This document shows, in pieces, positions 21,201-29,924 of a stretch of 64,000 nt of DNA (within the stretch, counting starts at the first letter, position 1; each line of letters begins with the position of its first letter). The notes beneath the pieces are model-generated. The model was not told the DNA's origin, did not search any database, and worked only from the letters and a program-made list of their open reading frames with translations. The stretch is taken from assembly GCA_029762535.1 (NCBI GenBank), contig JARVGK010000009.1:41759-105758 (forward strand), given 5' to 3'. A program made the position numbers and the translations under genes. Source of the DNA: Thermoplasmatota archaeon (GTDB lineage Archaea > Thermoplasmatota > Penumbrarchaeia > Penumbrarchaeales > Penumbrarchaeaceae).

Positions 21201-23780
21201 TGTCATTTCAGATTTAATATTGAAGCTATTATTATATGGTATTTTTATATATTGTTTTGTTTCATAATCAACATCATCAAAATCAATACAGTTACCTGAA
21301 ATGCCGTTATTATCCCAATTTGGATTAAAATTCTGCAAATAATAGATTGTTGAATCATCAATGTTATCAGGATATGTATCATTTTCATCGACATAAATAT
21401 AATATAAATCATTATTTTGATCATATCCCATTCCTTTAACTTCCTTTTCCATTCCTTGATTCGTACCTCCTATTATAGTGACATGAGCATCATAAAGAGG
21501 GAAACCGAACGGATAACATGCATATTTATATATCTTATAATCATTATCTGAAGTATCTAATGTATTGGCAGCGCGATACATCAATGATTCTCCGAGATAA
21601 GCATTATTATTGAAATTAGTTTGATCTGATGATAATGGACCTCCACCTTCATTGAAATCAAGTTTCAAAACAGGTAATTCTAAATTTATTGGACGATATT
21701 TAGTAATAGGAGATTTATAAGAACACATAGTAAATTCATCCAAAATACCTCTAAAAAATTCATCACCATCACTTCCCAAATATAAAGAATGATATTGTCC
21801 GGGACCGGTGTTATTAAAATAATATAACGGATCACCCTGTATAATTGAAGAATCATATAATACTCCATCTAAATATATACCAATCATTGGTTCTTGTATA
21901 TTATCAAGCTGCATATGCAACCCTATTGTTGACCAAGTGTTTTCTTTATTTAAGTAAGGAGTACTAACAATATTCTCATATAAATTGCCATTATAGTAAC
22001 TGTTAAATATTAATTTATATCTAATAACTTTTATGTTAGCATCCTTTTCTATGATAAGTTTCCAAGATTCATAAGATATGATTAATGAAGTCGTTTCTAC
22101 ATCCATAAAATAAGGAAATACCATTATTTCAATGTGGATATTATTATCGTACATACTATATGGATGATAAATATGATATTCAAAACCATTATTATTAAAT
22201 TCAAACGCTCTTCCGTAGGGCGTAGTAGAGACAATAGATGGAGGATTATTTATTACATCGAATTGGTTAACATCAATATTATATAGATTTAAAATTGTAG
22301 GAGAACCGGAATCCATATTAAAATTAAAATGTTTATTATAAATTTCATGATGAATTTCTATATCCTTATTTTTACCAATTATTATTTCATCTAATATTCC
22401 ACTATAATATGTTGATATTCCGTCATATCCAAAAAATAAACTATCATCAGAGAAACCGATTCCATGAATATATTCACAATCAAGATCAATGATCATATTA
22501 TTATTTTCATCAAATACATCTAAATACATTATATTATCGTAATAACGTGCATATAAATGATACCACTGATTCAATGATAATTGGATATTACTTTGTAATT
22601 TACCTTCATATTGAATTGGTCCTATCTTATTGTTAATGGAAAAAGTTAGCAACTCTTGCATACCCAATGATTCATAATATACTTTGTAACCATTGGAATG
22701 CCTACCTTCTTGCTGATTATGAGTTTTCGCTATTAAAGTAGCATCCTCATATTCAAATTTATAATACCACAATTCTATATATAGATCTTTTCCATCCGGA
22801 ACGAGTGATAGATCATTTGAATGTGGTATTTCAACACGGGATGACAACTGACTTTGAAATTCCAATGATGATATTCCCTTGGCAGGATTATTTGTAAAAA
22901 ATGCATTACAGAATGTAGATTTATCCTCATGATTCCAAGTAATTCGATCATTTACATAAACAGTACCTGGTCCATAATTTTCATCGAAAGTCCAATAACC
23001 AACCGTATTATTCATCCAAGGAAAATCTTCAACGATCTCTGTCCAATGATAATCATCAAATCTACCAAAAAAAGAATTTTGTTCACCCAATATTAAATCA
23101 CCGTTATTATCCTTTACTTTCATAGAAGATGATTTTTCAGCAACACAACCATCATTGCTGTTTGAAGGATCGATATGGATTCTGTATATTCCACCTTCAT
23201 ATGAAAATCCTATAAAATGCCATAAGTTATCAATAAGATCGGTTTGTGATCGGTCAAATACAACATCGTCATTCCCAATAATATTAGGGTTTATTTGAAA
23301 ATAAATAACACCGTTAATAATTTCACATATTAAACCACCATTATTTATATCATATTTTGAAAAGATACGAGTATTTGCATTACAATATGTATATATTTTA
23401 ATATTGAAATATATGCACCATTTGACTGAATTTTCAACATTTAAATTATTATTATCATTAACATAAGCTGATGAAGGATTAACAAATTCAATAGCAAAGT
23501 TAGTATCTCTTCCAGCCACCCAATTAGTTGATATCAAATTCATTGTATTTCCATTACCCGAATCATCTCGAGTTGTTGAACCAAAACCTTCGTTAAAATA
23601 ATATTCGGCTTGAATGGAATTATCAAAGAAAAAATAATTTTGATCCAATGTTTCTGGAATTGAACTCACAAAAGGTAATAACATAGTAGATATCCATATA
23701 AATATGGCAAAATATATTTGGGCAAACCTTCTCCTTTTGTTCACCAATTTATCATACCGGCCTTGGTAAATATTTTTCAT
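18300..23780 (-). CDS. Secreted multi-LamG protein with C-terminal clan CD (C13/caspase-like) peptidase domain
   Basis: AT-rich; ATG 23780 with AGGTGA RBS; N-terminal hydrophobic segment; about 5 LamG-like repeats (FNEG..D.SG, W.H, F.G.LDE); IFIELRNHG and LLLDFCYSGGF. Confidence 0.8.
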   Translation of the reverse strand: MKNIYQGRYDKLVNKRRRFAQIYFAIFIWISTMLLPFVSSIPETLDQNYFFFDNSIQAEYYFNEGFGSTTRDDSGNGNTMNLISTNWVAGRDTNFAIEFVNPSSAYVNDNNNLNVENSVKWCIYFNIKIYTYCNANTRIFSKYDINNGGLICEIINGVIYFQINPNIIGNDDVVFDRSQTDLIDNLWHFIGFSYEGGIYRIHIDPSNSNDGCVAEKSSSMKVKDNNGDLILGEQNSFFGRFDDYHWTEIVEDFPWMNNTVGYWTFDENYGPGTVYVNDRITWNHEDKSTFCNAFFTNNPAKGISSLEFQSQLSSRVEIPHSNDLSLVPDGKDLYIELWYYKFEYEDATLIAKTHNQQEGRHSNGYKVYYESLGMQELLTFSINNKIGPIQYEGKLQSNIQLSLNQWYHLYARYYDNIMYLDVFDENNNMIIDLDCEYIHGIGFSDDSLFFGYDGISTYYSGILDEIIIGKNKDIEIHHEIYNKHFNFNMDSGSPTILNLYNIDVNQFDVINNPPSIVSTTPYGRAFEFNNNGFEYHIYHPYSMYDNNIHIEIMVFPYFMDVETTSLIISYESWKLIIEKDANIKVIRYKLIFNSYYNGNLYENIVSTPYLNKENTWSTIGLHMQLDNIQEPMIGIYLDGVLYDSSIIQGDPLYYFNNTGPGQYHSLYLGSDGDEFFRGILDEFTMCSYKSPITKYRPINLELPVLKLDFNEGGGPLSSDQTNFNNNAYLGESLMYRAANTLDTSDNDYKIYKYACYPFGFPLYDAHVTIIGGTNQGMEKEVKGMGYDQNNDLYYIYVDENDTYPDNIDDSTIYYLQNFNPNWDNNGISGNCIDFDDVDYETKQYIKIPYNNSFNIKSEMTMKFDIKPFSNDRIIFSNINDQLYIDPQYRAGQFQAMITNNNKLKIDVVKDIGNIDYGKIISITSNSTLTMEKWYKIQFILKDQMGYIYINGQLDKSKDLGVINLYPAEEDIFIGSRGNEYGYHGMLDNFEIYNYALKVNIIKQHFTFDDGSITIDSSYFSEDCEIGMIGEGPTINNNGKYGKCVFFNSNNDYLVGNVFIPRVHTFEAWIKIIDTNDDQIISVCPYSSENYQNYPVVFGLKYEQMGNRYRLYIQTSTESIIYSKGFLSKNYDWTHVAYSIEGKNSPHYLYDTINMYINGFWDSKHFCYYSGNDPIIFEENLVQTEINKYYIGGCPDNIWGDIYQTPFFHGFMDEVIITSGYKNFREDRDSDGISDCYEISRSYNSIQYNSMIHNSRIAILMAPIFHPKEIQFTYDITMMRHYLSSNGWKDEDVLFMSFYFDLTPEEFQGEWIYDTDDNKYKNSGSDTAYWLDGCPYKGCLKNILDALEYGGPACIYHQKTTYHEGGVEINERIDEYHIVPKLDENDIIFIELRNHGVGYKDDPRYNGDVNDNSIWDKNSEEWDFGWRNGRCRTVLNGDENHYDEHEDFADISEQEFAIELYYFMRTTLQEQVGPGIPLNNDPIEFPDIKGDPNFCWLFDINHDSIMEEIYLVQNLNEWWWRLYINGTFREVNHTNGYNPMGNDQWDAQVKAAWIDENNTMHYCYDYNSTSRILHLTGVDLNQDDIHAEGDRQGEFSLAYIEDLDDYIDIDEGFATHEFVEDDPFRKFDYVGLSDDLDYDSIVGGRFQIFKYIWWDTDLKEELENISYKESILLLDFCYSGGFVNDLKEISSIIMTSSRETDTSYRYNVMFYSRIKGENEANYYIENELFGEDRGNHLTQEDPWGRDVLNADGVSSVNNNRDIIWDQYLIDYIISFNEAAYFTSACLANKDSDMFVCPWNKKWPSPIDEWKTAPIIYIDNGPARQLYL

Positions 23781-23784
23781 ATTA

Positions 23785-24336
23785 TCACCTTTCTTCCTCA
23801 AATAATATCACCGTATCAATTACGGTACATTCTTTCCTATAACTAAATTTGATAAACTCCATTAAATAAATTTCATCAAAACTGTTTACAGTCGAATAAT
23901 TAAGCATAATGGTGATATCGAATAGATTAGAATTATATTCTATGATAGTTACCATAAAAGTGATGTTAGGTATATCATAAGTTATTATATCTTGACAGGA
24001 ATTATCAAATTCATTACCTCTAGAAATTCCGGTATTTAATGGGCAATATTCTATACGGTTATCAGAATCTAAATTAACATAGAAAATATGCTCTATAATA
24101 TCGTAAGATGATTCCATCACTCTGATAATCTGCTCAATATCCCTCCCGCTTGAGATCTTTCTATGATCAACGTACAGATAATTCATCATAAACTCAGAAG
24201 TCCATGGAACATCTTCGTAGTTAGCGAATCCCTTTAATGCCGGATCGCTTCCCACTGCTTGTTTGCTCGGATCACCCGGGATCCCCCTCATACGGTTCAC
24301 CTTGATATGTAAGGATGTGACAATATATAAAACCAA
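23785..24336 (-). CDS. AT-rich hypothetical protein (start uncertain, possibly a fragment)
   Basis: 183-codon ORF in AT-rich DNA; its stop overlaps the RBS of the LamG gene. Confidence 0.55.
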   Translation of the reverse strand: MVLYIVTSLHIKVNRMRGIPGDPSKQAVGSDPALKGFANYEDVPWTSEFMMNYLYVDHRKISSGRDIEQIIRVMESSYDIIEHIFYVNLDSDNRIEYCPLNTGISRGNEFDNSCQDIITYDIPNITFMVTIIEYNSNLFDITIMLNYSTVNSFDEIYLMEFIKFSYRKECTVIDTVILFEEER

Positions 24337-24350
24337 CGATAAATAAATAT

Positions 24351-24370
24351 ATATTATATTATATTATATT
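24351..24370. repeat. (ATATT)4 short tandem repeat
   Basis: atattatattatattatatt directly upstream of the 23785..24336 ORF. Confidence 0.8.
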
Positions 24371-24963
24371 CTACATAGAATCTATATAGGATATGATGAT
24401 GGGATCCCCCGAGATCCCCTCCACCTTCTCGGTAATTTTATTTCCACTACTATCACTCATATCAAGATCGATCAATTGCCCTTGAAAAGATCCTATTTCG
24501 AATTTATGATGATGGAGGTCCATCGATCGAATTGATCTATGTCCATGGGATCGATGATCTTTGGGGATCGGTGTTTTTAGCGATCTATAGAGACAATACC
24601 GCAGAGGGGGTCGTAAAATACCGAAATTATTTCCTCGAGCCCATCGAGTGGATACGAATTAATATCAGATAATTATAATAAATGAATGATATAAAAAGGG
24701 CGATCCTTTAATAGTATAATTAAATTATATCGATCCATTATAATAAAACAGGCCCTGGATCTCGCTTATCCCGTCAAACACAGGAGAAAGGTCCCCTTCG
24801 AACCTCACCTTGAGGTCGGTCCGGAAATAGCCTCCCTTAACGCCGAGATATTTCGCCTAGAGAACGAGATGAACAGGTTCATCCTATCGGCCAAGAATTA
24901 CTCCGACTCAGGGGCGCCTTTTTCAGGATATCGTTATATCAGAGGTCAAAGAAAAGGCCAGGA

Positions 24964-26247
24964 TCATTCCCTGAAGAAGGATCGTTCCAGTTCCCCCGAG
25001 ATCTCACGCGCCCTCTCCGAGATGTCGTTCCCATTCCCATCCTTCCCGTCAAGGTATATCCACTCCCCATGGACCATGGTCCCGCGGACCATGGACCCCG
25101 TCGCGGCATAGACCAGGGCGGATGCGAGGTTCTCCCTCCTCAAGGGGAGGATCCCCGGATCGATATCGAGGAGGGCCAGGTCCGCTATCCTTCCTTCTTC
25201 TATCGCGCCTCCGTTGAGGCGCAATATCGAATTGCCCCCGAGCGTGGCGGCATGGAGGGCGTCCATCGCCCTGCAGGCGGCCGGATCCCAGTACTGCCCC
25301 TTCTGGACCAGGGCCATCTCCTTCATCTCCCTGAACATGTCGAGAGAATTATTGGATGCTGCGGAGTCCGTTCCCAGCCCGATCCGGATCCCCTTGGCCT
25401 TCAGGTCCCTGAAGGGGAAGAAGCCTCCCGTTCCAAGCTTGAGGTTCGACGAGGGGCAGTGTACGACCGAGGATCGGGCCTCCGCGATCCTGTTGAACTC
25501 CCAGGACGCGGCCCATCCCAGATGGGCCAGTACAGTGTGCTCGTGGAGAGCCCCGTTCGCGTCGAGCCTCTCGACCGCGAGCTTGCCGGTAACCTTCCTG
25601 CTCGAGAACACCTCCTCCCTCGTCTCCGAGCAGTGAACGTGAAGGGGGATCCCCAGTTCTTTCGACAGATCGGCGGCCTTGGCCATGGTCTCGTCGTCGT
25701 TGGTGTAGATCGAATGCAGGTTGACGACGGGGAGGATATTCTCATTTCCCCGGTAGAGGTCGTGGAATTCCCTGGTCTGGTCCAGCCTCTCTTCGGGGGG
25801 GGCGAACTTCGATATCAGGGCAGGGCCGTTCGCCATCCGGATCCCCGCCTTCTCCGCGGCCCGGGCCGCTTCGAAGGCCTCGTACTGGTCCATACACGCC
25901 GTCGTCCCGTACCTTGCCATCTCGAGGAAGGCAAGCTCCGAGGCGAGACGCGCCGCCTCCCCCGTCAGCTTCGGCTCGATCTCCCACATCGACTCAAGCC
26001 AATCGTTCAAGGGTGCATCGTCGTTCAGGCCCCGAAGCGCGATCATCGACGAGTGGGTATGGGCGTTCACGAGCCCGGGGATCAATATGCATCCCGAGCA
26101 ATCCATGACCTCATCCCCTCTCTGCTTACCGCCTCCAACGGATGCGATCCTCCCGTCCTCGATCCGAACATCGACGTTCTCGAGGATCCCTTTCCCGCCC
26201 ATGCTCAGGCAGTACCTGACCTTCTCAAGCATCAATGGCTCCCTCAT
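24964..26247 (-). CDS. Amidohydrolase, MTA/SAH deaminase family
   Basis: PGLVNAHTH, HVHCSET, LGTDSAASNN. Confidence 0.9.
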   Translation of the reverse strand: MREPLMLEKVRYCLSMGGKGILENVDVRIEDGRIASVGGGKQRGDEVMDCSGCILIPGLVNAHTHSSMIALRGLNDDAPLNDWLESMWEIEPKLTGEAARLASELAFLEMARYGTTACMDQYEAFEAARAAEKAGIRMANGPALISKFAPPEERLDQTREFHDLYRGNENILPVVNLHSIYTNDDETMAKAADLSKELGIPLHVHCSETREEVFSSRKVTGKLAVERLDANGALHEHTVLAHLGWAASWEFNRIAEARSSVVHCPSSNLKLGTGGFFPFRDLKAKGIRIGLGTDSAASNNSLDMFREMKEMALVQKGQYWDPAACRAMDALHAATLGGNSILRLNGGAIEEGRIADLALLDIDPGILPLRRENLASALVYAATGSMVRGTMVHGEWIYLDGKDGNGNDISERAREISGELERSFFRE

Positions 26248-26915
26248 GCGAGTTTAGCCTCCTCTATGACGAATCTGGCATTGTACTCTCCCTCCACCTC
26301 CACCTGGCCTTTGACCTCAAGGCGCTTCGGGAACAAGGGAGCGGAAAGGATCAACGTCTCCGCCTCACCTCCCTCGAAGGCGGGGTGGGGCCCCCATCTC
26401 TTCGAGATGGACATGAACCGCTCGAGCATGGAGTTATCCACCGGCATCCCCAGGTCCGAGGGCTTGAAACCGGCCGAAGAATATGACAGCAGCATGTAGG
26501 AGAAACCCTGCTCCAGCAGCTCCCGCATGTACCTGGCCCCATCTTTCCTCCACAGAGGGGTGTACGATATCAATCCCGCATCCATCGCGCACGCCGAGAA
26601 CTTCATCCTCTGGAAGTCCGAGAGAAGGGCCCCTGAGCATATCGCATCAAGGCCGTATCTCGCCTTGAGGTCCTTGAGGACCGATGTGAGATGCTCCGAT
26701 TCCCCTTCCTCGGGAGCCTCCACGATCTCCGTCGGGATCCCTGTCATGCCCTGGTAGAGATTGGAGATCTCGATCCCGGGGGAGTGATACAGGTAGGAAT
26801 CCCGATCCGAGGGTTTCACTACCAGAAGAACGGGGACCTCCATCCCTGAGAGGAGGATCCTATGGAGGGCATAGGCCGAATCCTTGCCCCCGCTGAAAAG
26901 GCAGCAGACCTTCAT
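26244..26915 (-). CDS. dph6: Diphthine--ammonia ligase
   Basis: LFSGGKDS PP-loop, SYLYH, GALLSDFQ, EGGEAET. Confidence 0.9.
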   Translation of the reverse strand: MKVCCLFSGGKDSAYALHRILLSGMEVPVLLVVKPSDRDSYLYHSPGIEISNLYQGMTGIPTEIVEAPEEGESEHLTSVLKDLKARYGLDAICSGALLSDFQRMKFSACAMDAGLISYTPLWRKDGARYMRELLEQGFSYMLLSYSSAGFKPSDLGMPVDNSMLERFMSISKRWGPHPAFEGGEAETLILSAPLFPKRLEVKGQVEVEGEYNARFVIEEAKLA

Positions 26916-27070
26916 CCGAAGGTTATGCGCTCCCGATATATTGTCCTTTACTGAGCGTGTTATTAGTATTGGATAATGAATTTATTTCTCTATCCGATAC
27001 TAAATTGTGAAGTGACATATTGTGAATATGTATCGGATAAGTCTAAATAGTATCTATCCGATATAAATCT

Positions 27071-27982
27071 GTGTACATAGAGACCGATCTTCTCGATCGT
27101 ATAAGCGATCTTAGGTGCAAACTGGATTCGCTCAGGCCACTGGACAGATCCATACTTGAAAAGTTGTATCATGAGATCGAGATCGACATGACCTACAACT
27201 CCACCGCAATCGAAGGGAACACACTGACCGTGAGCGAGACCAGACGTGTGCTCGAATACGGGATCACAGTGGGTGGAAAGACATTGAGGGAACATCTTGA
27301 GGTGACCAATCACCGATCGGCGATGGGGTTCATCGAATCGCTGGTCTCAAAGCCCCGGATCGAGGTGCTGGACACGCTCAACCTTCACGCCCTGGTCATC
27401 GACAGGATCGATCCCGTCAATGCCGGAACGTTAAGGAGGGGGCGGGTTTACATCTCGGGGTCGTCTTTCATTCCTCCGAAACCTTCGGCGATACCAGAGT
27501 TGATGTCCTGTTTCAGCAAGAGGTTCGATCAGAGACCCGAGATCGCAGTGGAGGAGGGGGCTCTACTCCATATGGAGTTCGTGAACATACACCCGTTCGT
27601 CGATGGGAACGGAAGGTGCGCGAGGCTCCTGCTTAATCTGTATTTGATGAGGAACGGCTATCCACCGATCGTCGTCAAGAAGATCGATCGGAAGAGGTAC
27701 ATCGATACCATCGTATCGTCCCAGGTCCGGGGCGATCATGCGCCCTTCGTGAACTTCGTCGCCATGAACCTGGCCCAGGCACTGGAGCTATGGATAGACG
27801 CCTTCTCCAGCGAACCGAAGGACTACATCTCCCTTTTCGAAGCGGCAAGGAGGAGTAGATACTCCCAGGAATACCTCTCCCTCCTCGCTAGGACGGGGAG
27901 GGTCCCTGCCGTAAAGTTCGGCCGGAACTGGAAGATCGCGATAGAGGACCTTGAGAGATATGAGCGCGAACATGGTCGATGA
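27071..27982 (+). CDS. Fic family protein with C-terminal excisionase-like HTH
   Basis: STAIEGN inhibitory motif, HPFVDGNGRCAR, C-terminal YSQEYLSLLARTGRVPAVKFGRNW. Confidence 0.92.
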   Translation: MYIETDLLDRISDLRCKLDSLRPLDRSILEKLYHEIEIDMTYNSTAIEGNTLTVSETRRVLEYGITVGGKTLREHLEVTNHRSAMGFIESLVSKPRIEVLDTLNLHALVIDRIDPVNAGTLRRGRVYISGSSFIPPKPSAIPELMSCFSKRFDQRPEIAVEEGALLHMEFVNIHPFVDGNGRCARLLLNLYLMRNGYPPIVVKKIDRKRYIDTIVSSQVRGDHAPFVNFVAMNLAQALELWIDAFSSEPKDYISLFEAARRSRYSQEYLSLLARTGRVPAVKFGRNWKIAIEDLERYEREHGR

Positions 27983-27988
27983 GTGCCT

Positions 27989-29104
27989 TCACATCAGGTT
28001 CTCGGGATTCAAGCCCTTCAGCTCATCGAGAACGAAGATCCCGTCCTTCCTGATGAGGACGTCGTCGAAGTAGATCTCGCCTCCGCCCCAGTCAGGGGAC
28101 TGGATCAGGACTATGTCCCAGTGCACCTTGGAGCGGTTCCCGTTGAACGCCATGTCATAGGAGTTCCCCGGAGTGAAGTGGATCGATCCCGCGATCTTCT
28201 CGTCGAAAAGGGTATCCAGCATGGGCTTCGTTACGAACGGGTTCACCCCTATCGCGAACTCGCCCACGTACCTCGCGCCCTCGTCCGTGTCGAAGATCTC
28301 ATTCATCGCCAGGGTGTTCGAGGAGGTCGCCTCGACGATCTTCCCGTCCTTGAACCTGAGAGTTATGTTGTCGAAGACCTTGCCCTCGTATAGGGTCTTC
28401 GTGTTGTAGCGTATCGTCCCGTTCACGGAGTCCTTCACCGGGGCGGTGAACACCTCCCCGTCGGGGATGTTCAATTCCCCGTCGCATTTTATCACAGGTA
28501 TGTCCTTGATGGAGAAGGTCAGATCGGTCCCGGGGGCGACGATCCTCACCCTATCGGTCCTCTTCATGAGTTCCACAAGGGGATCCATGGCCCTGCTCAT
28601 CTTGGTGTAATCGAGAGTGCAAGTGTTAAAGTAGAAGTCCTCGAACGCCTCCGTTGACATCTCGGCCTGCTGGGCCATCGATGATGTGGGCCATCTCAGG
28701 ACCACCCATCTGGTCTTCGGGACCCTCCAGTTGATGTGGACCGGGCCCCACCAATGCTCCTTGTAATGTGCCATCCTATCGGCCGGCACATCGGACGTCT
28801 CAGTGATGTTCAATGACCCCCTCAGACCGATGTATGCCTGGGCGTTCTTCATCTTCGCAAGCTCGATCTCGCCGTAGAGCTTCATCGTTTCCGCATCGGT
28901 GTTCATGTAGAGTTTCCGAAGGACCCTGGCGTTCTTCTGTGAAAGGAGGGGGGTCCCACCCACTGAATACACCTTGTCCACAAGTATCTCGACCATCTCG
29001 AGCGGGATATCGAACGTCTCGATGTAAACCACCTCTCCCTTCTTCAGTTTGGTCGAGTGGTCTATGAGCACCTCTGCAAGCTTCTTCATCCGTGGATCGT
29101 ACAT
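27989..29104 (-). CDS. Aminopeptidase, M29 family
   Basis: NIPDGEVFTAP, GEFAIG, LFDEKIAGSIH, SKVHWD; start trimmed to MYDPR. Confidence 0.92.
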   Translation of the reverse strand: MYDPRMKKLAEVLIDHSTKLKKGEVVYIETFDIPLEMVEILVDKVYSVGGTPLLSQKNARVLRKLYMNTDAETMKLYGEIELAKMKNAQAYIGLRGSLNITETSDVPADRMAHYKEHWWGPVHINWRVPKTRWVVLRWPTSSMAQQAEMSTEAFEDFYFNTCTLDYTKMSRAMDPLVELMKRTDRVRIVAPGTDLTFSIKDIPVIKCDGELNIPDGEVFTAPVKDSVNGTIRYNTKTLYEGKVFDNITLRFKDGKIVEATSSNTLAMNEIFDTDEGARYVGEFAIGVNPFVTKPMLDTLFDEKIAGSIHFTPGNSYDMAFNGNRSKVHWDIVLIQSPDWGGGEIYFDDVLIRKDGIFVLDELKGLNPENLM

Positions 29105-29202
29105 GATAACTACCCGGGATGTAGAAGGCATATTCTTATAAAAGGATTTTATAAAAAACCCTCATGAGCCAAGGCTCACAACATAGCATGAAGATATCTG
29201 TC

Positions 29203-29376
29203 GGGTTTTTTCGTAAGTCCCTCTCGTCGCTAACACCTCGTTACGGGACTTCGAAACCCAGCACAACCATATCGTCGCTTACTCATTACCGTTGTGCGGG
29301 GGTATGAAGAAAAAACCGCTTCCAAACGTCCTATCTTCATACCAATAAGAGGGGGCGCCTATCATCGGGCGCCCCC
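29203..29376 (-). ncRNA. Array of four consecutive hairpins (candidate ncRNA or structured 3' UTR)
   Basis: Stems AAGTCCC/GGGACTT (extended by GGGTTT/AAACCC), GCACAAC/GTTGTGC, GGTATGAAGA/TCTTCATACC, GGGGGCGCC/GGCGCCCCC; G-U extension of hairpin 3 favours the minus strand. Confidence 0.55.
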
Positions 29377-29388
29377 GGGGATACGGGC

Positions 29389-29490
29389 TCAGCAGTGGGG
29401 GAATCTGTATGGATACATGTTGTTGAGCCGGTACCAGACACCCCATTCTTCCTCGAAGAGGTCGGGTTTCCACGGTTGGACAGCTTCCAT
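29389..29490 (-). CDS. 33-aa peptide MEAVQPWKPDLFEEEWGVWYRLNNMYPYRFPHC
   Basis: Perfect AAGGAGGTGA RBS 5 nt before ATG; strong hairpin right after the stop. Confidence 0.7.
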   Translation of the reverse strand: MEAVQPWKPDLFEEEWGVWYRLNNMYPYRFPHC

Positions 29491-29511
29491 CTTCTTCACC
29501 TCCTTATCCTT

Positions 29512-29643
29512 CAAGAGATCCCGGGGATCCTCGGAGGCGTCGCTAGGTATATATATTACGTATTCCCATACCATACCTGAGGATCCAGGACCTTTCCCCG
29601 GGGCCGTTACCATTCCGCGGGGGAAGGTCTCCTCGAACTCTCT
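29512..29643 (-). ncRNA. Structured 5' leader, copy 1 (candidate cis-regulatory RNA)
   Basis: TCGAGGAGACC-stem-GGAATGGTAACGGCCC-stem-CCTGGATC shared with the 30407 gene leader; lies between TATA and RBS. Confidence 0.6.
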
Positions 29644-29665
29644 ACTTCTTACATGACCTTACCTA

Positions 29666-29724
29666 CTTATAAGCTATACCCATCAAGTTATAGGTTTTTA
29701 GAGGGTTATATATAATTTTTCCAT
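29666..29724 (-). promoter_or_regulatory. Shared upstream block, copy 1
   Basis: GGAAAA-ATTATATATA-ACCCTCTA-AAAACC-TATAACTTGA...CTTATAAG. Confidence 0.65.
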
Positions 29725-29866
29725 CCTACAAAGGGGAAATACCTTTTGCCAGCAAAGTGTAGCGGATCCCTGACCGACGATGATATAGCTTCCTTTCTGT
29801 CGGCATGGTCAACGGATCCCCGAAGCGCATAATCCAAAGATGATGAGATCATCCCATAGGATCAAC

Positions 29867-29903
29867 AAAAATAAAAAAAAATGGGCCGGAGATATTCCGG
29901 CCC
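29867..29903 (-). terminator. Hairpin + T-tract terminator of the ATP-cone gene
   Basis: GGGCCGGA/TCCGGCCC stem followed on the minus strand by a long T run. Confidence 0.75.
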
Positions 29904-29924
29904 GGGGTTTTTAGGGGGGCTATC

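Noticed and set aside
24266-24290. Inverted degenerate copy of the cassette repeat (GAGGGGGATCCC..GATCCGA)
   Set aside because: Short and GATC-rich, so plausible by chance in this genome.
24436-24960. Possible gene remnants or amber read-through frames
   Set aside because: No start codon or several stops, and no recognisable motif.
29203-29343. Equal 23-nt loops as CRISPR spacers or IS110 bridge RNA
   Set aside because: Stems differ in sequence, so there is no repeat unit, and no recombinase is nearby.
29389-29613. 74-aa version of the small ORF
   Set aside because: No RBS at that ATG, and the homologous sequence in leader copy 2 has a 1-nt insertion; the RBS supports the 33-aa form.
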